A program made the translations under genes and the position numbers. A stretch of DNA of 64,000 nucleotides, taken from the IMG/VR virus record IMGVR_UViG_3300032038_000035, positions 38,743 to 102,742 of that record, one strand, 5' to 3'. The notes beneath the pieces were generated by a model. That model was not told the DNA's origin, searched no databases, and saw nothing but the letters and a program-made list of their open reading frames with translations. This stretch comes from a virus (Duplodnaviria > Caudoviricetes). This document shows, piece by piece, positions 38,488 through 49,537 of the stretch (position 1 is its first letter; the number at the start of each line of letters is the position of its first letter).

Positions 38488-38996
38488 ATTATCATGATAT
38501 AAAATATATGAATACTTTAAATGGTCCCGGTTTTAGGACTGTATTATTCGTATCCGGATGTAACCATCACTGTAACGGATGTCATAATCCTGAAACATGG
38601 CCTTTAGATAGTGGTATACCATTTTTACAACGTGATAAAACTGATATTATTGCTTCTTTAAGGGATCCATACGTTAATGGATTGACGATTACCGGTGGTG
38701 ATCCATTACATCCGAGTAATTGCACGGGCGTACAAGAATTATGTCAATTAATCAGAAATGATGATGTTACAGCTTGTAAATCTATATGGGTATACACAGG
38801 TTATATATACGAAGAATTAGATGATTCTATAAAATCTAATATATTACCACTTATAGATGTACTCGTAGATGGTCCATTTATATTGGAAAAACGAGATACT
38901 AAGTTTCTATACGCTGGTTCCACAAATCAGCGTCTTATAGATATAAAAGCTTCACTTGAATCAGGTGAAGTTAAATTATGGAAGTCAAAATTTTAA
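38484..38996 (+). CDS. nrdG: anaerobic RNR activating enzyme (radical SAM)
   Basis: NGPGFRTVLFVSGCNHHCNGCHN; TGGDP; DVLVDGPF; GSTNQR. Confidence 0.95.
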   Translation: MNYHDIKYMNTLNGPGFRTVLFVSGCNHHCNGCHNPETWPLDSGIPFLQRDKTDIIASLRDPYVNGLTITGGDPLHPSNCTGVQELCQLIRNDDVTACKSIWVYTGYIYEELDDSIKSNILPLIDVLVDGPFILEKRDTKFLYAGSTNQRLIDIKASLESGEVKLWKSKF

Positions 38997-39010
38997 CGGA
39001 GGAAACAGTT

Positions 39011-39499
39011 ATGGCTGATATGGTTAATCATCCCTCTCACTACAATCAAGGTAAGAGGGAAGTAATTGAAGAGATGCGCCTTCTCTTTGGCGATATTGCT
39101 GTGAAATATTTTTGTAATCTTTCTGCATACAAATATATTCGTAGAGCAGATTACAAAGGTAACAAAGAACAAGATCTTGCTAAGGCAGAATGGTATATGG
39201 ACTACGTCGCTAAGATGAATGATGAGCACGTTATAAAATATAACGAGTGCACGTTAGAATCAACAGAAGATGATAGTGCGCAAATCCCAGAAGACGCCGA
39301 TGCAATGTTTAGGGTAGTTGCTTATTGTGCGCTTAATGACGCAATTGAAGATGGTGTAATACCTAATGATCCTGAAAATAAGGATTATATTGAATTTGAA
39401 GAAGATGCTAAGCGCAGATATAAAGCAATGCGTGAATTATATTCTAAAAGACATATAAATGGAGGAAATAATTATGGCAAATTATTCTGTACAAAATAA
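39011..39499 (+). CDS. DUF3310-family protein
   Basis: DMVNHPSHY...KYIRRA..K...QDLAKAEWY. Confidence 0.8.
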   Translation: MADMVNHPSHYNQGKREVIEEMRLLFGDIAVKYFCNLSAYKYIRRADYKGNKEQDLAKAEWYMDYVAKMNDEHVIKYNECTLESTEDDSAQIPEDADAMFRVVAYCALNDAIEDGVIPNDPENKDYIEFEEDAKRRYKAMRELYSKRHINGGNNYGKLFCTK

Positions 39500-39755
39500 G
39501 ATGGACGATACCGCAATTAAGCTGGTCCATGATTGGATTGAAGGTCATCTTGACGCTTCTGATCCTGCACCCATGTATGAGATATTCACTGTATGGAAGT
39601 GCAAGACTCTTCAAAATTGGAAGTATCTGATTTCCACTTCTCTTCCTGACGGAATGTATTTCGAAGCTACTTATAACGGAGATAAGCATATCTGGTATCT
39701 CGATGCATATAAGAAGTTTGATCACCAGAATATTCCTGATCCTGCAGATGACTAA
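39474..39755 (+). CDS. DUF6275-like phage protein
   Basis: VWKCKTLQNWKYLIST..PDGMYFEATYNGDK...YLDAYKK. Confidence 0.7.
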   Translation: MANYSVQNKMDDTAIKLVHDWIEGHLDASDPAPMYEIFTVWKCKTLQNWKYLISTSLPDGMYFEATYNGDKHIWYLDAYKKFDHQNIPDPADD

Positions 39756-39766
39756 GGAGAATATTC

Positions 39767-40189
39767 ATGAAGATATTTATTTCTCAGCCTATGAGAGGCC
39801 TTGATGATGCTACTATTAAGGCTAGACGTGAAAAGGCAATAGCTTCTCTTATGGAAATGTATCCTGGATGCGGAGTAATAGATACTTTCTATGAAGGAGA
39901 ATCTACACCGGATAATCCACTTCAACTTCTTGGCAGAGCTATTAGTATGCTTAATGATGTTGACGCAATATACATGCTTGACGGCTGGGCAGATGCTAAT
40001 GGTTGTTGCATTGAGCATGAATGTGCTATCAGGTATGGCATTAAGGTTATTTACGAGAATGCAAATTTGCCGAAGTCTAGAGAAGCTTGGATAAAGAATA
40101 TAATATCAGAGCAAAATGAGCTTAGAAGAATACATTCGAGTCTCCGTGATCGTAAACCAGAAGACCCTGAAAATTCTTGCTCTAACTAA
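39767..40189 (+). CDS. DUF4406 / nucleoside 2-deoxyribosyltransferase-like protein
   Basis: KIFISQPMRG...DAIYMLDGW..ANGCCIEH. Confidence 0.75.
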   Translation: MKIFISQPMRGLDDATIKARREKAIASLMEMYPGCGVIDTFYEGESTPDNPLQLLGRAISMLNDVDAIYMLDGWADANGCCIEHECAIRYGIKVIYENANLPKSREAWIKNIISEQNELRRIHSSLRDRKPEDPENSCSN

Positions 40190-40200
40190 GAGGTACCGCA

Positions 40201-40878
40201 ATGATTGAAATATTTAAGGATACCGTTGAAGTTTGTGGTTTTAATCATGCCATTAGAGGCGTACGTAATAATCATGATTCATGGGATAAATCCGATACAT
40301 CTTCTGAAAAAGATAGTGAAATCAAAATCGGAGATAATGATCTTAAACTTCTTAAGAAGCTTGCAGTAGCAGGCGGATCTCATGCTAAATACATGAGATA
40401 TATTATAGTATACTTTGACATCAATGCACCTATGTATTGGTGGAAAGAGTTTGATACTTATAAAGTGGGCACTGTTAGAAATAGTTGCTCTACCATGAAT
40501 AGTGTCATGAAGAAACCTTTCTCTGAAGAAGATTTCTCATTAGATCATATTCAGTGGTCTAGAGAATCTTATATAAAGTCTATGATAGAAGAGCTTAATG
40601 AACTTAGAAGAATACATCTTGAAGCAAAAGAGCATATAAATTCCGTGAATCATTTGTTGGAAGAAGAAGCTATGAAAGGATCGTGGTATTCTCTCATACA
40701 GGTTCTTCCTAGTTCGTATATGACAAAGTCTACGATTATGCTCAACTATCAGGTACTTAGAAATATTTACCATAATAGACGTAATCATAAGTTACAAGAA
40801 TGGCATACATTCTGTGATTGGATAGAGACACTTCCATACTCAGAACTCATTACTTGCACAAAAGAAGACTTACAATAA
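40201..40878 (+). CDS. atypical ThyX (flavin-dependent thymidylate synthase)-like protein
   Basis: H.KYMR, APMYWWKEFDTYKVG, NSCSTM, LPSS, NYQVLRNIY..RRNHKL.EW; canonical RHR motif absent. Confidence 0.6.
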   Translation: MIEIFKDTVEVCGFNHAIRGVRNNHDSWDKSDTSSEKDSEIKIGDNDLKLLKKLAVAGGSHAKYMRYIIVYFDINAPMYWWKEFDTYKVGTVRNSCSTMNSVMKKPFSEEDFSLDHIQWSRESYIKSMIEELNELRRIHLEAKEHINSVNHLLEEEAMKGSWYSLIQVLPSSYMTKSTIMLNYQVLRNIYHNRRNHKLQEWHTFCDWIETLPYSELITCTKEDLQ

Positions 40879-40921
40879 CAAAAAAATATAGCTATTGCAT
40901 TTATTGCAATAGCTATATAAT

Positions 40922-42028
40922 TTATTTTTTGTCCCAATTCACATATGCTTTAGCAAATAAAGCTTCTACATTAATCGGATAATTACCCAATATCATAGGA
41001 TTATTAGATATCTCATTGATAGTTTCTGCATCCGGTATATCTTTTATCTGAGATAATAACATCGTCTTATTTACTTCTGACATTACATCATATCTTGACT
41101 TCATACTAAATGCCAGTATATTATTATTATAAGTCTTGATATATTTCTCCGTAGTAGCTTTATTTTTTGTCTGTAATACTTTCTCCAACTCATCCAACAT
41201 GGTTATTATAGAATGATCTTGATTAGTACACCATATCTCTTCTAATGTCTCTAATATAGTAACCCATCCTATAGATCTTATCTTTCTGACAGATCTTTCT
41301 ATATCACCAGCTATTGCCATAGTTGGTATAAATAATCTGGGATCAAATTCTGTTAAATGCGGTGTTGTTTTATGCTCTTTATCTCCAATAGTTTGCCATA
41401 GATTAGATGCATTGATTACTCTATCGCCAGTTATTTTAGATGGATATATAATAGAGAATTTATCATATGTGACATACTGTAATTCTAATCTGTCTTTAGT
41501 CAGTATATAATTCCAGTCTGCCGGTAATTTCTGCGCTATAAGATATGGAACAACTGAAGGTTCTTCTCCTTTAGAGTTGATTATATAAACTCCATCTATA
41601 TAATCGCATATTTTAGTCAGTATATTTATTCCGCCATTTATAGTTAGATTGACATAATAACAATCAGGATTATTTAAACTTTGACTTACAATGAAGTCTT
41701 GTCTATACGTTCTATGTATTAATGCAGATGTAAATCCACCTGTAGCATTTGTGTAATATATAAAGCATCTTGTATTTAAACCATGTCTAACGAACCATTT
41801 CTTATAGTGTGCTACAAGATTTAATACGTTAGATGCATATTGTTTAAATGCAGCAGCTCCACATGATTGGAATCTTGCATTGCTCTGTACATTCCTGAAT
41901 CTATAATTAATATAGTCTAAATTAAAAAATAGATTGCATGTTTTTATATTATTGCGTTTTATTTGCATGCCTATCAGTTCATCTAATGCCAGATATTTCA
42001 TTTTATATGAATTAAAAACTATATCCAT
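40922..42028 (-). CDS. 5'-3' exonuclease/FEN (RNase H-type) related protein, divergent
   Basis: EPSVVP, ILTKD, and IAGD..RS..KI..IGW (H3TH-like) motifs. Confidence 0.5.
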   Translation of the reverse strand: MDIVFNSYKMKYLALDELIGMQIKRNNIKTCNLFFNLDYINYRFRNVQSNARFQSCGAAAFKQYASNVLNLVAHYKKWFVRHGLNTRCFIYYTNATGGFTSALIHRTYRQDFIVSQSLNNPDCYYVNLTINGGINILTKICDYIDGVYIINSKGEEPSVVPYLIAQKLPADWNYILTKDRLELQYVTYDKFSIIYPSKITGDRVINASNLWQTIGDKEHKTTPHLTEFDPRLFIPTMAIAGDIERSVRKIRSIGWVTILETLEEIWCTNQDHSIITMLDELEKVLQTKNKATTEKYIKTYNNNILAFSMKSRYDVMSEVNKTMLLSQIKDIPDAETINEISNNPMILGNYPINVEALFAKAYVNWDKK

Positions 42029-42073
42029 ATAAATCACCTCCAACGGAAAATTAAATAAGTGTAGATACAATGA

Positions 42074-42325
42074 TTAATTGCTATCTACACTTATCACTAA
42101 AATGAGACTTATTAGCATGAATACTACAGATATTATATTGATTATAGAATATGCAAATTTAGATTCTTTTTGTGGTGCTCTGTCAAAATGATATAACTTC
42201 ATTATATATGAAGAATATCTCCTATAGATTAATAACAGTATTACAGCAAAAACAAAAACGTCCATGTTGATTACAATGGTACCAAATTCGCATGGGATTA
42301 TAATTGGTGGAACCATAGTGGACAT
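42074..42325 (-). CDS. small two-TM membrane protein
   Basis: Two hydrophobic segments. Confidence 0.55.
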   Translation of the reverse strand: MSTMVPPIIIPCEFGTIVINMDVFVFAVILLLIYRRYSSYIMKLYHFDRAPQKESKFAYSIINIISVVFMLISLILVISVDSN

Positions 42326-42378
42326 CTCCCTTAGGCAAACTTATATAGTTGTCTAAGGGAGATGCTTATGCGGATCCG

Positions 42379-44127
42379 TTAATCGGATTCAATGATTCCA
42401 CATTGTGCAACTTCTACAGAAGAATCAGGTTGCCCATCTTCTCTAATAGGTTGCTTATCTGATAAAGTAAATAGTTCGTTTATAATAGCTATCTCATCTT
42501 TACGAGGCAGCATTCCTTTATTTACTTTACCTGTTCTTGTATCTATGTACAGATACACTGATGAAAGCTGTCTGAAGATATACTCTATAGATGCTCCAAA
42601 AGGTCTATATATGTTAATTTGATCTCCGTCAAAGTCAGCATTCATGTTAGTTAATACTCTTGTATTAAGTGTAACAGTCTTGTCATCTATATTTGGTTTG
42701 ATGTATGCAATATTGAATGCTCCATGAGAACCCATATTGATGCAAGGATTTCGTGATATGATTACACTAAGACTATGATCTCCTTTATGCTCTTCAAGAA
42801 GTATTGTCATTATCTTATATACAGTTTCGTCGAATACATTAGATGCAACTTCCAATACATGATTAGCATCTTCTACAGAAGTATCATATATCTTGATATA
42901 CATATTCATGATTTCAAATCTGAATAACTTTAAGAAAGTAAGATATGGTACTTCAACTTCTTCTGCTCTAAGAGGTCTAGCACCCGGAACTATAATAGAT
43001 CTTCCGGAGAAATCATGTCTACCACCTATGAGCTTAGACTGTATTATACCTTTCTTACCTTCTATTACCTGATATTCTTCATTGAACACACTAGCTGCAT
43101 TCTCTTGAATCTTCTCAAGTAATATATCTATCTTTTCACTTTCTGTCTGATTGAGTCCAGATGAATCTGATACTACATCAGGCCTCTGTGATATTGTACT
43201 CTTTATGTCATTAGCACATCTGATTATAGCCTGAAAACATGTATTGATTTTCATTCTATAATTCTTGATGTCTTTCTCACCGGGCATTTCAGATCTCATT
43301 GCTGAAGAATATATAGGAATAGCACCGCAAAACATTTTGTACTGATCCTCATATAACTCTTCATATAAGTCATAGATCTTACCCGCATTACGTTTGCCCT
43401 TTTTCTTTTTGCACCATTCAAGTACATCGCTTATATGCTTAGATAACCAAGTCATTCCTTTACCGACATATGGAAAGTTATACTTAGTTACCATATCATA
43501 TTCTTCTGGAGAATATTCTTCACCAAATTTCTTATAGCGAACTTTGATAATCATATCCAGATATGATTTGCCATCTATAGTACCAAGGAGCTTTTTAAGT
43601 TTCTCATAGTATATAGGAGTAAGTATCTTATATCCATGAAAAACTACCCAACCAAACTTTTTCAAGTCTGTCTCGTTCTGAGTAATAAGTGTACCACATT
43701 CAGGACACACTGTATATCCATCAGCGTACATAGATCCAATCATCTTACCACAAGCACAAGAGAATCTCGAATTATATTCCTCATTGTTATTGTAGTCTGA
43801 TCCAAAGAATGGTGATTGTAAGCCTGATTCATTCTTCTCATTCTTTTTCTTAAATGACTCAGGATTATCGATAATCACAGCTTTACCATTAGCTAAGTCG
43901 TTCTTAAACTCTTCATCGAAGTCGTATGTAAAAACTCTTACGCTGTGTATAGTTGTATTGAATTTGATCCCTTTAGGGTCAAGGACTAATAGATCATTTA
44001 TTAGCGCAGCTGTTTGATCTATTGCCATCTGATCAAGCTTGCGTCTTTCTCTTAAAGCGTCCATGAGTTCTGTACGAGTCATCTCAACTGGCTCGTCCAA
44101 TTCTGTAACGTTAGTTTCGTCTATCAT
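42379..44127 (-). CDS. phage multisubunit RNA polymerase beta-prime N-terminal subunit (catalytic)
   Basis: Zn finger CACG...CPEC; GKKGIIQSKLIGGRHDFSGRSII; RNP; NADFDGD. Confidence 0.93.
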   Translation of the reverse strand: MIDETNVTELDEPVEMTRTELMDALRERRKLDQMAIDQTAALINDLLVLDPKGIKFNTTIHSVRVFTYDFDEEFKNDLANGKAVIIDNPESFKKKNEKNESGLQSPFFGSDYNNNEEYNSRFSCACGKMIGSMYADGYTVCPECGTLITQNETDLKKFGWVVFHGYKILTPIYYEKLKKLLGTIDGKSYLDMIIKVRYKKFGEEYSPEEYDMVTKYNFPYVGKGMTWLSKHISDVLEWCKKKKGKRNAGKIYDLYEELYEDQYKMFCGAIPIYSSAMRSEMPGEKDIKNYRMKINTCFQAIIRCANDIKSTISQRPDVVSDSSGLNQTESEKIDILLEKIQENAASVFNEEYQVIEGKKGIIQSKLIGGRHDFSGRSIIVPGARPLRAEEVEVPYLTFLKLFRFEIMNMYIKIYDTSVEDANHVLEVASNVFDETVYKIMTILLEEHKGDHSLSVIISRNPCINMGSHGAFNIAYIKPNIDDKTVTLNTRVLTNMNADFDGDQINIYRPFGASIEYIFRQLSSVYLYIDTRTGKVNKGMLPRKDEIAIINELFTLSDKQPIREDGQPDSSVEVAQCGIIESD

Positions 44128-44228
44128 ATCGATACCTCCCAATAAAATAGCTTATACTTTAGTGTTAGCTGCATCTTTAAAATATATAAAAGAAAATATG
44201 CTCTGGAAATTTTCCAGAGCATATCACA

Positions 44229-45302
44229 TCATGTGTTTTCTGTATCAGGTACTGGTATACTAAAGTGTAATACTGTAGAAATTGCACTAGCTTTTGCCAG
44301 TATAGAAGGATCATAAAGCATATCGGATATATCACAATCTCTTACATAGTTTTGCTCATAATAAGAAAGAATGTGATCCATATTTTTTATGAATTCTATA
44401 AGTCTAGTATAGTATTCATCGAAACCTTTAAATTCAGATATTACGAGTTTCTTAAGTAATGCTGCATACTTAAGATCTAACTGAGTTGCTTCATCTATGA
44501 GACTAAGATAGATATTATCATCTAAGTATCTCCATATATCAATACTTGTCAGATAATTTACAGCTTCTATTTCTACCCAGTGTTTATAATCTTTAAGCAC
44601 TGGTCCATTTATTGTAATCAGATAGGACTTCTTGTCTAATGCAGATTTTATATCTATTACAAGTTGAGTAAACTTGAGTAGTTCCGAATAAGAGTTAACT
44701 ATGAACTTAGATCTGTTATTGATATTAGTATCGGAGTTATATATTACAGTAAATTCATCTGTCTTCTCATATAATTGAGACATTAGTCCAAATAATCTGT
44801 TACATGTGTCTATAACTTTATGATTAGATGTGTCTGCACAGTTACATTCCAAAATGCCATCTAGTCTGGCATTATTCTTAACAGCGTTGATTTGTACTAT
44901 AATCAGATTAATAGAGTCTATTAACTGTTTTATAGGATCCTCAGGCTCTGGATTAGTGTTATCAGTAGCATTATCCCCAGTATTACTAGTACTAGCATCA
45001 TCGTCACCGTTGTCACTATCATCATTAGTAGGTTGATCATTTTCTCCATCAGTAATGTCTTCCGTATTGGATGATTCTTCGCCATCTTGATTGGTCACTT
45101 CGGTATCTGTAGTATCGTCTGTAGGCTCAGGATCAGGTGCTGGATGCGATTTAATTTCGTCTATTATGTCATCTAATGTTTGGCTAGGTATATCTTCACT
45201 TACAGGCGTCTCTTCTTTATAATTATCTATCATAAATGATAATTGGTTTATCAATTCTTTAGATAAATTAAATATATCGCTTATTTTTATCATTTTAATC
45301 AC
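44229..45302 (-). CDS. hypothetical protein with acidic low-complexity linker
   Basis: AAGGAG RBS; D/T/N/E-rich insert. Confidence 0.7.
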   Translation of the reverse strand: MIKMIKISDIFNLSKELINQLSFMIDNYKEETPVSEDIPSQTLDDIIDEIKSHPAPDPEPTDDTTDTEVTNQDGEESSNTEDITDGENDQPTNDDSDNGDDDASTSNTGDNATDNTNPEPEDPIKQLIDSINLIIVQINAVKNNARLDGILECNCADTSNHKVIDTCNRLFGLMSQLYEKTDEFTVIYNSDTNINNRSKFIVNSYSELLKFTQLVIDIKSALDKKSYLITINGPVLKDYKHWVEIEAVNYLTSIDIWRYLDDNIYLSLIDEATQLDLKYAALLKKLVISEFKGFDEYYTRLIEFIKNMDHILSYYEQNYVRDCDISDMLYDPSILAKASAISTVLHFSIPVPDTENT

Positions 45303-45306
45303 TCCT

Positions 45307-46503
45307 TTATCTTATAAGCGTATTGATATTAACATCGTCCATCTGAATTGCAGATTTGTGGAACTTTTTCATACCACCATCAACTGCAGCATTGGGAATA
45401 GTTGCGAATGTAATTCCCATATTCTTTATGCCTGTAATATATGGGAATTGACCAACACATATATTACATACATGCTCAGAAATACAGCACATCGGGGATC
45501 TAAGTTTAACAAACTTATTTACGTACTTGGATTTATTCTCCTGTGATAACATTACAGGTTTTCCATTTTCCATTACATACTGGAATTCGTATCTGCCAAA
45601 GTTCTTATCAGTTAAGTATACATTGATATATGACTTGGTCCCACAATCTGTTCCTTCGTCATCTACATATACGGATTGGAACGCTGCATAGTATTGCTTT
45701 GTAATATAACCAGAGTCTGCTGTAGCACAAGACTTAGGATATGCTGCAGATATAAGCATATTACCAGCTTTAGGAAGATCTTCCTTATTGAAACCTTCTA
45801 TGAAGTTCGTATTTACCGGTTCCATCTGAGATGTAGCAGGATTGTATACAGGACCTATCATAATAGATATATTCTTATACTGGTCACCTATCTCACCACG
45901 AGCACCAGAGTCATAAAGACCAATACCAGGATTGCTTCTTAACTTATCATTAGCTTCAGCTGTTATTTGTCTCTCAAAATCTGCATAATCTGCCGTAGTT
46001 GCATCGGGATTATTCTTTATAAAGTCATCTCTCTTCTTAATGAGATCTTTTCTAGGATTAAGGAGATCTGCATTATAAGACGAGTTATATATTATGGCAC
46101 CTTTAAGGGAATAAAACTCAATGGCTTTCTCCCATTTCCATGCAGCTTCTGTGCTAAGAGTACCATACTTAACAGCTTCTGATACTAAACTAAATAGTTT
46201 TCCAACTCCACCTTTATTCAAAGGTATATTCCAATAGTGGTCAGGAATTATATCTTTAATATAATTCTCTATACAGATCTTATTGAAAACTATTCTGCCA
46301 AGAGTTGTATCAACGTCAGTTGTATTAATATATTCCTTAGCCTTCAGCTTAACTCTATCAGTTACATTATATCTAGGCTCATTTATCTTCTTAGTCTTTG
46401 GGTCAGCGGTTCTTCCAAATAAATGTGTTTGCATCTTAATGCCTAATTGCTCAGGTTTTAAAGACAAAAAATATTTTTTAGTCACTTCATTTACATAAGC
46501 CAT
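45307..46503 (-). CDS. phage RNA polymerase beta-prime C-terminal subunit (probably virion RNAP)
   Basis: TTLGR; SGARG; TADSGYITK bridge helix; DCGT; RSPMCC..CNIC; MKKFH trigger loop; late AACA-TTTTGA-TA upstream. Confidence 0.88.
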   Translation of the reverse strand: MAYVNEVTKKYFLSLKPEQLGIKMQTHLFGRTADPKTKKINEPRYNVTDRVKLKAKEYINTTDVDTTLGRIVFNKICIENYIKDIIPDHYWNIPLNKGGVGKLFSLVSEAVKYGTLSTEAAWKWEKAIEFYSLKGAIIYNSSYNADLLNPRKDLIKKRDDFIKNNPDATTADYADFERQITAEANDKLRSNPGIGLYDSGARGEIGDQYKNISIMIGPVYNPATSQMEPVNTNFIEGFNKEDLPKAGNMLISAAYPKSCATADSGYITKQYYAAFQSVYVDDEGTDCGTKSYINVYLTDKNFGRYEFQYVMENGKPVMLSQENKSKYVNKFVKLRSPMCCISEHVCNICVGQFPYITGIKNMGITFATIPNAAVDGGMKKFHKSAIQMDDVNINTLIR

Positions 46504-46592
46504 ATTAATCATCTCGCTTTCGTGATATGCCTAAGTTATCAAAATGTTGGTACTGGAACTCCTTTATAACAATTTATAGAGGCGGTGTTTTT

Positions 46593-47918
46593 ATGGACCC
46601 TGAGAAACTTAAATACGAAGAATGTAAATATAGAGTAGCCGATGCCGCTATTATATTTCCTGATGGTAAAGAGCATAAAATAAATGGAGAATTAGATATT
46701 CCATATTTAATATTGAAAAAAGACTTTGAGAATGAGCAATACCCTTTCTTTGAATTGTGTATAACTGTAAGTAATAAAATATATAGGAAGATGCGTAAGA
46801 ATAGCGATAAATTAAAATTCAGGTTAAATATGCGATATGCAATGTTTAAGAAAGGTAAAATTGCAATCAATGAGCAGAATGTAAAAGAAAAGCCATTCAT
46901 ATCAAAAACATTCTATCTATTCTTAGAAGACCCTACAGCATATAATCAGGATTCACTACATGAGGAGATAGAAAGAACTACCAAATATGGTGAATATAAT
47001 GAAGATGTTACTGATCTAAATCACGCTACAACGATCAGAATATCTTTATATGATGGTGATGCTATAACGGAGCCAAAGAAACTTCATAAAGAAGTATTGC
47101 ATGCAGTAACAGTTACCGATGTAATGACATATATTCTCATGCAGAGAGTTAGATTCACAAAGATATTAATGTCACCTTCTACCAATGGAAAGATGTATGA
47201 TCAATTTGTATTACCTCCTGAGCAGGTAGATTATCAGTTAGATAGAGTAGCTAATGAGTATAATCTACATGAAAATGGAAGCATTTTATTTTTCGATTAT
47301 GATAGACTCTATATAACAGAGAAAATTAATAAATGTACAGCATGGGAACCTAATGAAGTTAAGAAAGTACATATAGTTACTATCCCTACTACAAAAAATA
47401 ATGTATTATCTGCAGGCGCATATTATGACGAACAAGCAAATGAAATATATCTGACTACAAAATCTCAAGTTATAAGTGCGCTTACTACAGAGAATGAAAT
47501 AGAATCAGGTTCTGGTTTACTTGTAATTAACAAGAGAACCGGTAGATCTGAATCATTTATAATAGATGGCGATAAGATACTAGCAGCTCCAAAATTTACA
47601 GGTAAAAATAACGAGAAGAGTATAAAGTATGATAAGACTATTGTAATCAATACAGCTGAAGATACTATAACTGCTCTCAAAGAAAGATTAAATGAAAGAG
47701 CTTTAGTTTGGACAGTATATCTGGATGATACAATGGTTGATGCATTAAAGCCAAATAGAGAATATAATTTTATATTTACTGATCCCAGTCAGGTTAAATA
47801 TAATGGAAGCTATAGATTAACAGGCGTAATGGCTAAGTTCGATGCTGCTATGGCTGATAATAAATGGCGAGGTGTAAATACTACTGCAACATTTGTTGGA
47901 GTATTGCCAAAAGAATAA
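46593..47918 (+). CDS. putative baseplate hub-like virion protein
   Basis: Size, G..FFDY pattern and YNGSYRL C-terminus; next to a gp25-like gene. Confidence 0.45.
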   Translation: MDPEKLKYEECKYRVADAAIIFPDGKEHKINGELDIPYLILKKDFENEQYPFFELCITVSNKIYRKMRKNSDKLKFRLNMRYAMFKKGKIAINEQNVKEKPFISKTFYLFLEDPTAYNQDSLHEEIERTTKYGEYNEDVTDLNHATTIRISLYDGDAITEPKKLHKEVLHAVTVTDVMTYILMQRVRFTKILMSPSTNGKMYDQFVLPPEQVDYQLDRVANEYNLHENGSILFFDYDRLYITEKINKCTAWEPNEVKKVHIVTIPTTKNNVLSAGAYYDEQANEIYLTTKSQVISALTTENEIESGSGLLVINKRTGRSESFIIDGDKILAAPKFTGKNNEKSIKYDKTIVINTAEDTITALKERLNERALVWTVYLDDTMVDALKPNREYNFIFTDPSQVKYNGSYRLTGVMAKFDAAMADNKWRGVNTTATFVGVLPKE

Positions 47919-47957
47919 AAAATAATCATAGTCGGTCAATTCCGACTATGATTATTT

Positions 47958-48386
47958 TCATATATTGGAGTATGTGTTATTTTGATAATTATCAACTACC
48001 ATATTGACAATTTCATCTGTAAGTGATACGAATGCAGATTTATGTATTGCTTTATCATTTATATTAAACGATAATGTCACATATAGTACATTGTTATCTG
48101 CATTTTCACCGCCTGCTGTTTGAACCGTTATATTTGATAATGGAATACCCGGCATATATGCTCCAACTTGTCTATTCAGTTCTTCTGTGATATATGTTAT
48201 AATTTCACTTACTTCCATATATGTGTGAGCTTTTAAATCTAAACCGATATCGGGAGCATCTGAATAAGTTCCATTCTCCAAGAATAACAGATTCAATACC
48301 ATCTCTGCCCAAGCATCGGCATTATTAATTATTTTAGGTACATTATAGTCAGATAATTCAAATATAACATCTTTTGCGAGTGCCAT
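47958..48386 (-). CDS. gp25-like baseplate wedge / sheath initiator
   Basis: NLLFLENGTYSDAPDIGLDL motif. Confidence 0.75.
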   Translation of the reverse strand: MALAKDVIFELSDYNVPKIINNADAWAEMVLNLLFLENGTYSDAPDIGLDLKAHTYMEVSEIITYITEELNRQVGAYMPGIPLSNITVQTAGGENADNNVLYVTLSFNINDKAIHKSAFVSLTDEIVNMVVDNYQNNTYSNI

Positions 48387-48391
48387 ATAAA

Positions 48392-49459
48392 TCACCTCGG
48401 TATAATTATTTTCTTATACGAAGGTTTAATCCTATTATTTGGCACGCCGAAATCTTTCTCATTAGGGAAGCTATTTCTAATTATCGACATATTGTCTATG
48501 TAGTTTACCAATCCTACTTTCTTATTTAAGAGCTGACGTTTTATAGCACTATCAGTCTTATCATTATCGGCATATACATATAGATTGATAGGACATGCTC
48601 CCATACGTATAATATTCTTTATAACGCCTGCATATCCAAACCCACATACTGCAAAGAATACATTATTATCTATCGGTCTGAATATATTATGTGTCATTAT
48701 TGAGAGTATATCAAATGGACCTTCTGATATATGTATATTGATTGGGTCTGTTGACATAATATCAAACTTAGTCGGTATTGTATAAAAGTTATTGGGATCT
48801 AAGTTTTTATCATCTATCATAAACTTAATGTATCTCAATGACTTACCTTGTTTACTACACTTAGTAGTAACCCTTCGGAAGATGATACAATTCTTATTGA
48901 CTGATAAGAATCCAACATAGTTATTGTCTATGTATTCAATATAATGTGTGTCTAGACTAATAGACTCATGTATCTTATTGAATACTATAAAGTCTCTGAA
49001 TGATAAGATTATTCTATATGCCGGTGCTTCAGCACAAGTTATGTCTAACCCAATACGGTCTCTTATATAATCAGTCTTTAATTTGATTACTGCTGGATCT
49101 GTATATTGCGAAACTAATGGAATTTCGAATGGCATAACCCTCACCTCTGTTATCTTGTTGGATATGGAATATATCTTATTTGACTTATACATCTGAGATG
49201 CCAATTCCTGTGGTAATGTTATTCCTAAATCTGACAATACTTTCTGATTTACTATGCCTCCTGCTGAGCACTTGAAACAGTGATATAATATCGGATCTTT
49301 TGATTCGAGATCTATTTTTAATCCAAAATGACCATGTCTTGGTGAATCGTCATTGCAATATGGACATTTTATCGTATGACTAGTACCATCTGGTGATACA
49401 TGATAAAATGGCATTCTTGATATCTCATCAATGACATATCGTTTAAAATCAGTATTCAT
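48392..49459 (-). CDS. DNA primase (DnaG/T4 gp61-like)
   Basis: CPYC...HCFKC Zn finger; TOPRIM SEGPFD and YADND; KDFG. Confidence 0.88.
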   Translation of the reverse strand: MNTDFKRYVIDEISRMPFYHVSPDGTSHTIKCPYCNDDSPRHGHFGLKIDLESKDPILYHCFKCSAGGIVNQKVLSDLGITLPQELASQMYKSNKIYSISNKITEVRVMPFEIPLVSQYTDPAVIKLKTDYIRDRIGLDITCAEAPAYRIILSFRDFIVFNKIHESISLDTHYIEYIDNNYVGFLSVNKNCIIFRRVTTKCSKQGKSLRYIKFMIDDKNLDPNNFYTIPTKFDIMSTDPINIHISEGPFDILSIMTHNIFRPIDNNVFFAVCGFGYAGVIKNIIRMGACPINLYVYADNDKTDSAIKRQLLNKKVGLVNYIDNMSIIRNSFPNEKDFGVPNNRIKPSYKKIIIPR

Positions 49460-49537
49460 TAAATAATCCCTCCTATAGAAATTAGTTAATCGAATATATG
49501 ATATACAAATTAAATTTATACGATTGGAGTGACTACG

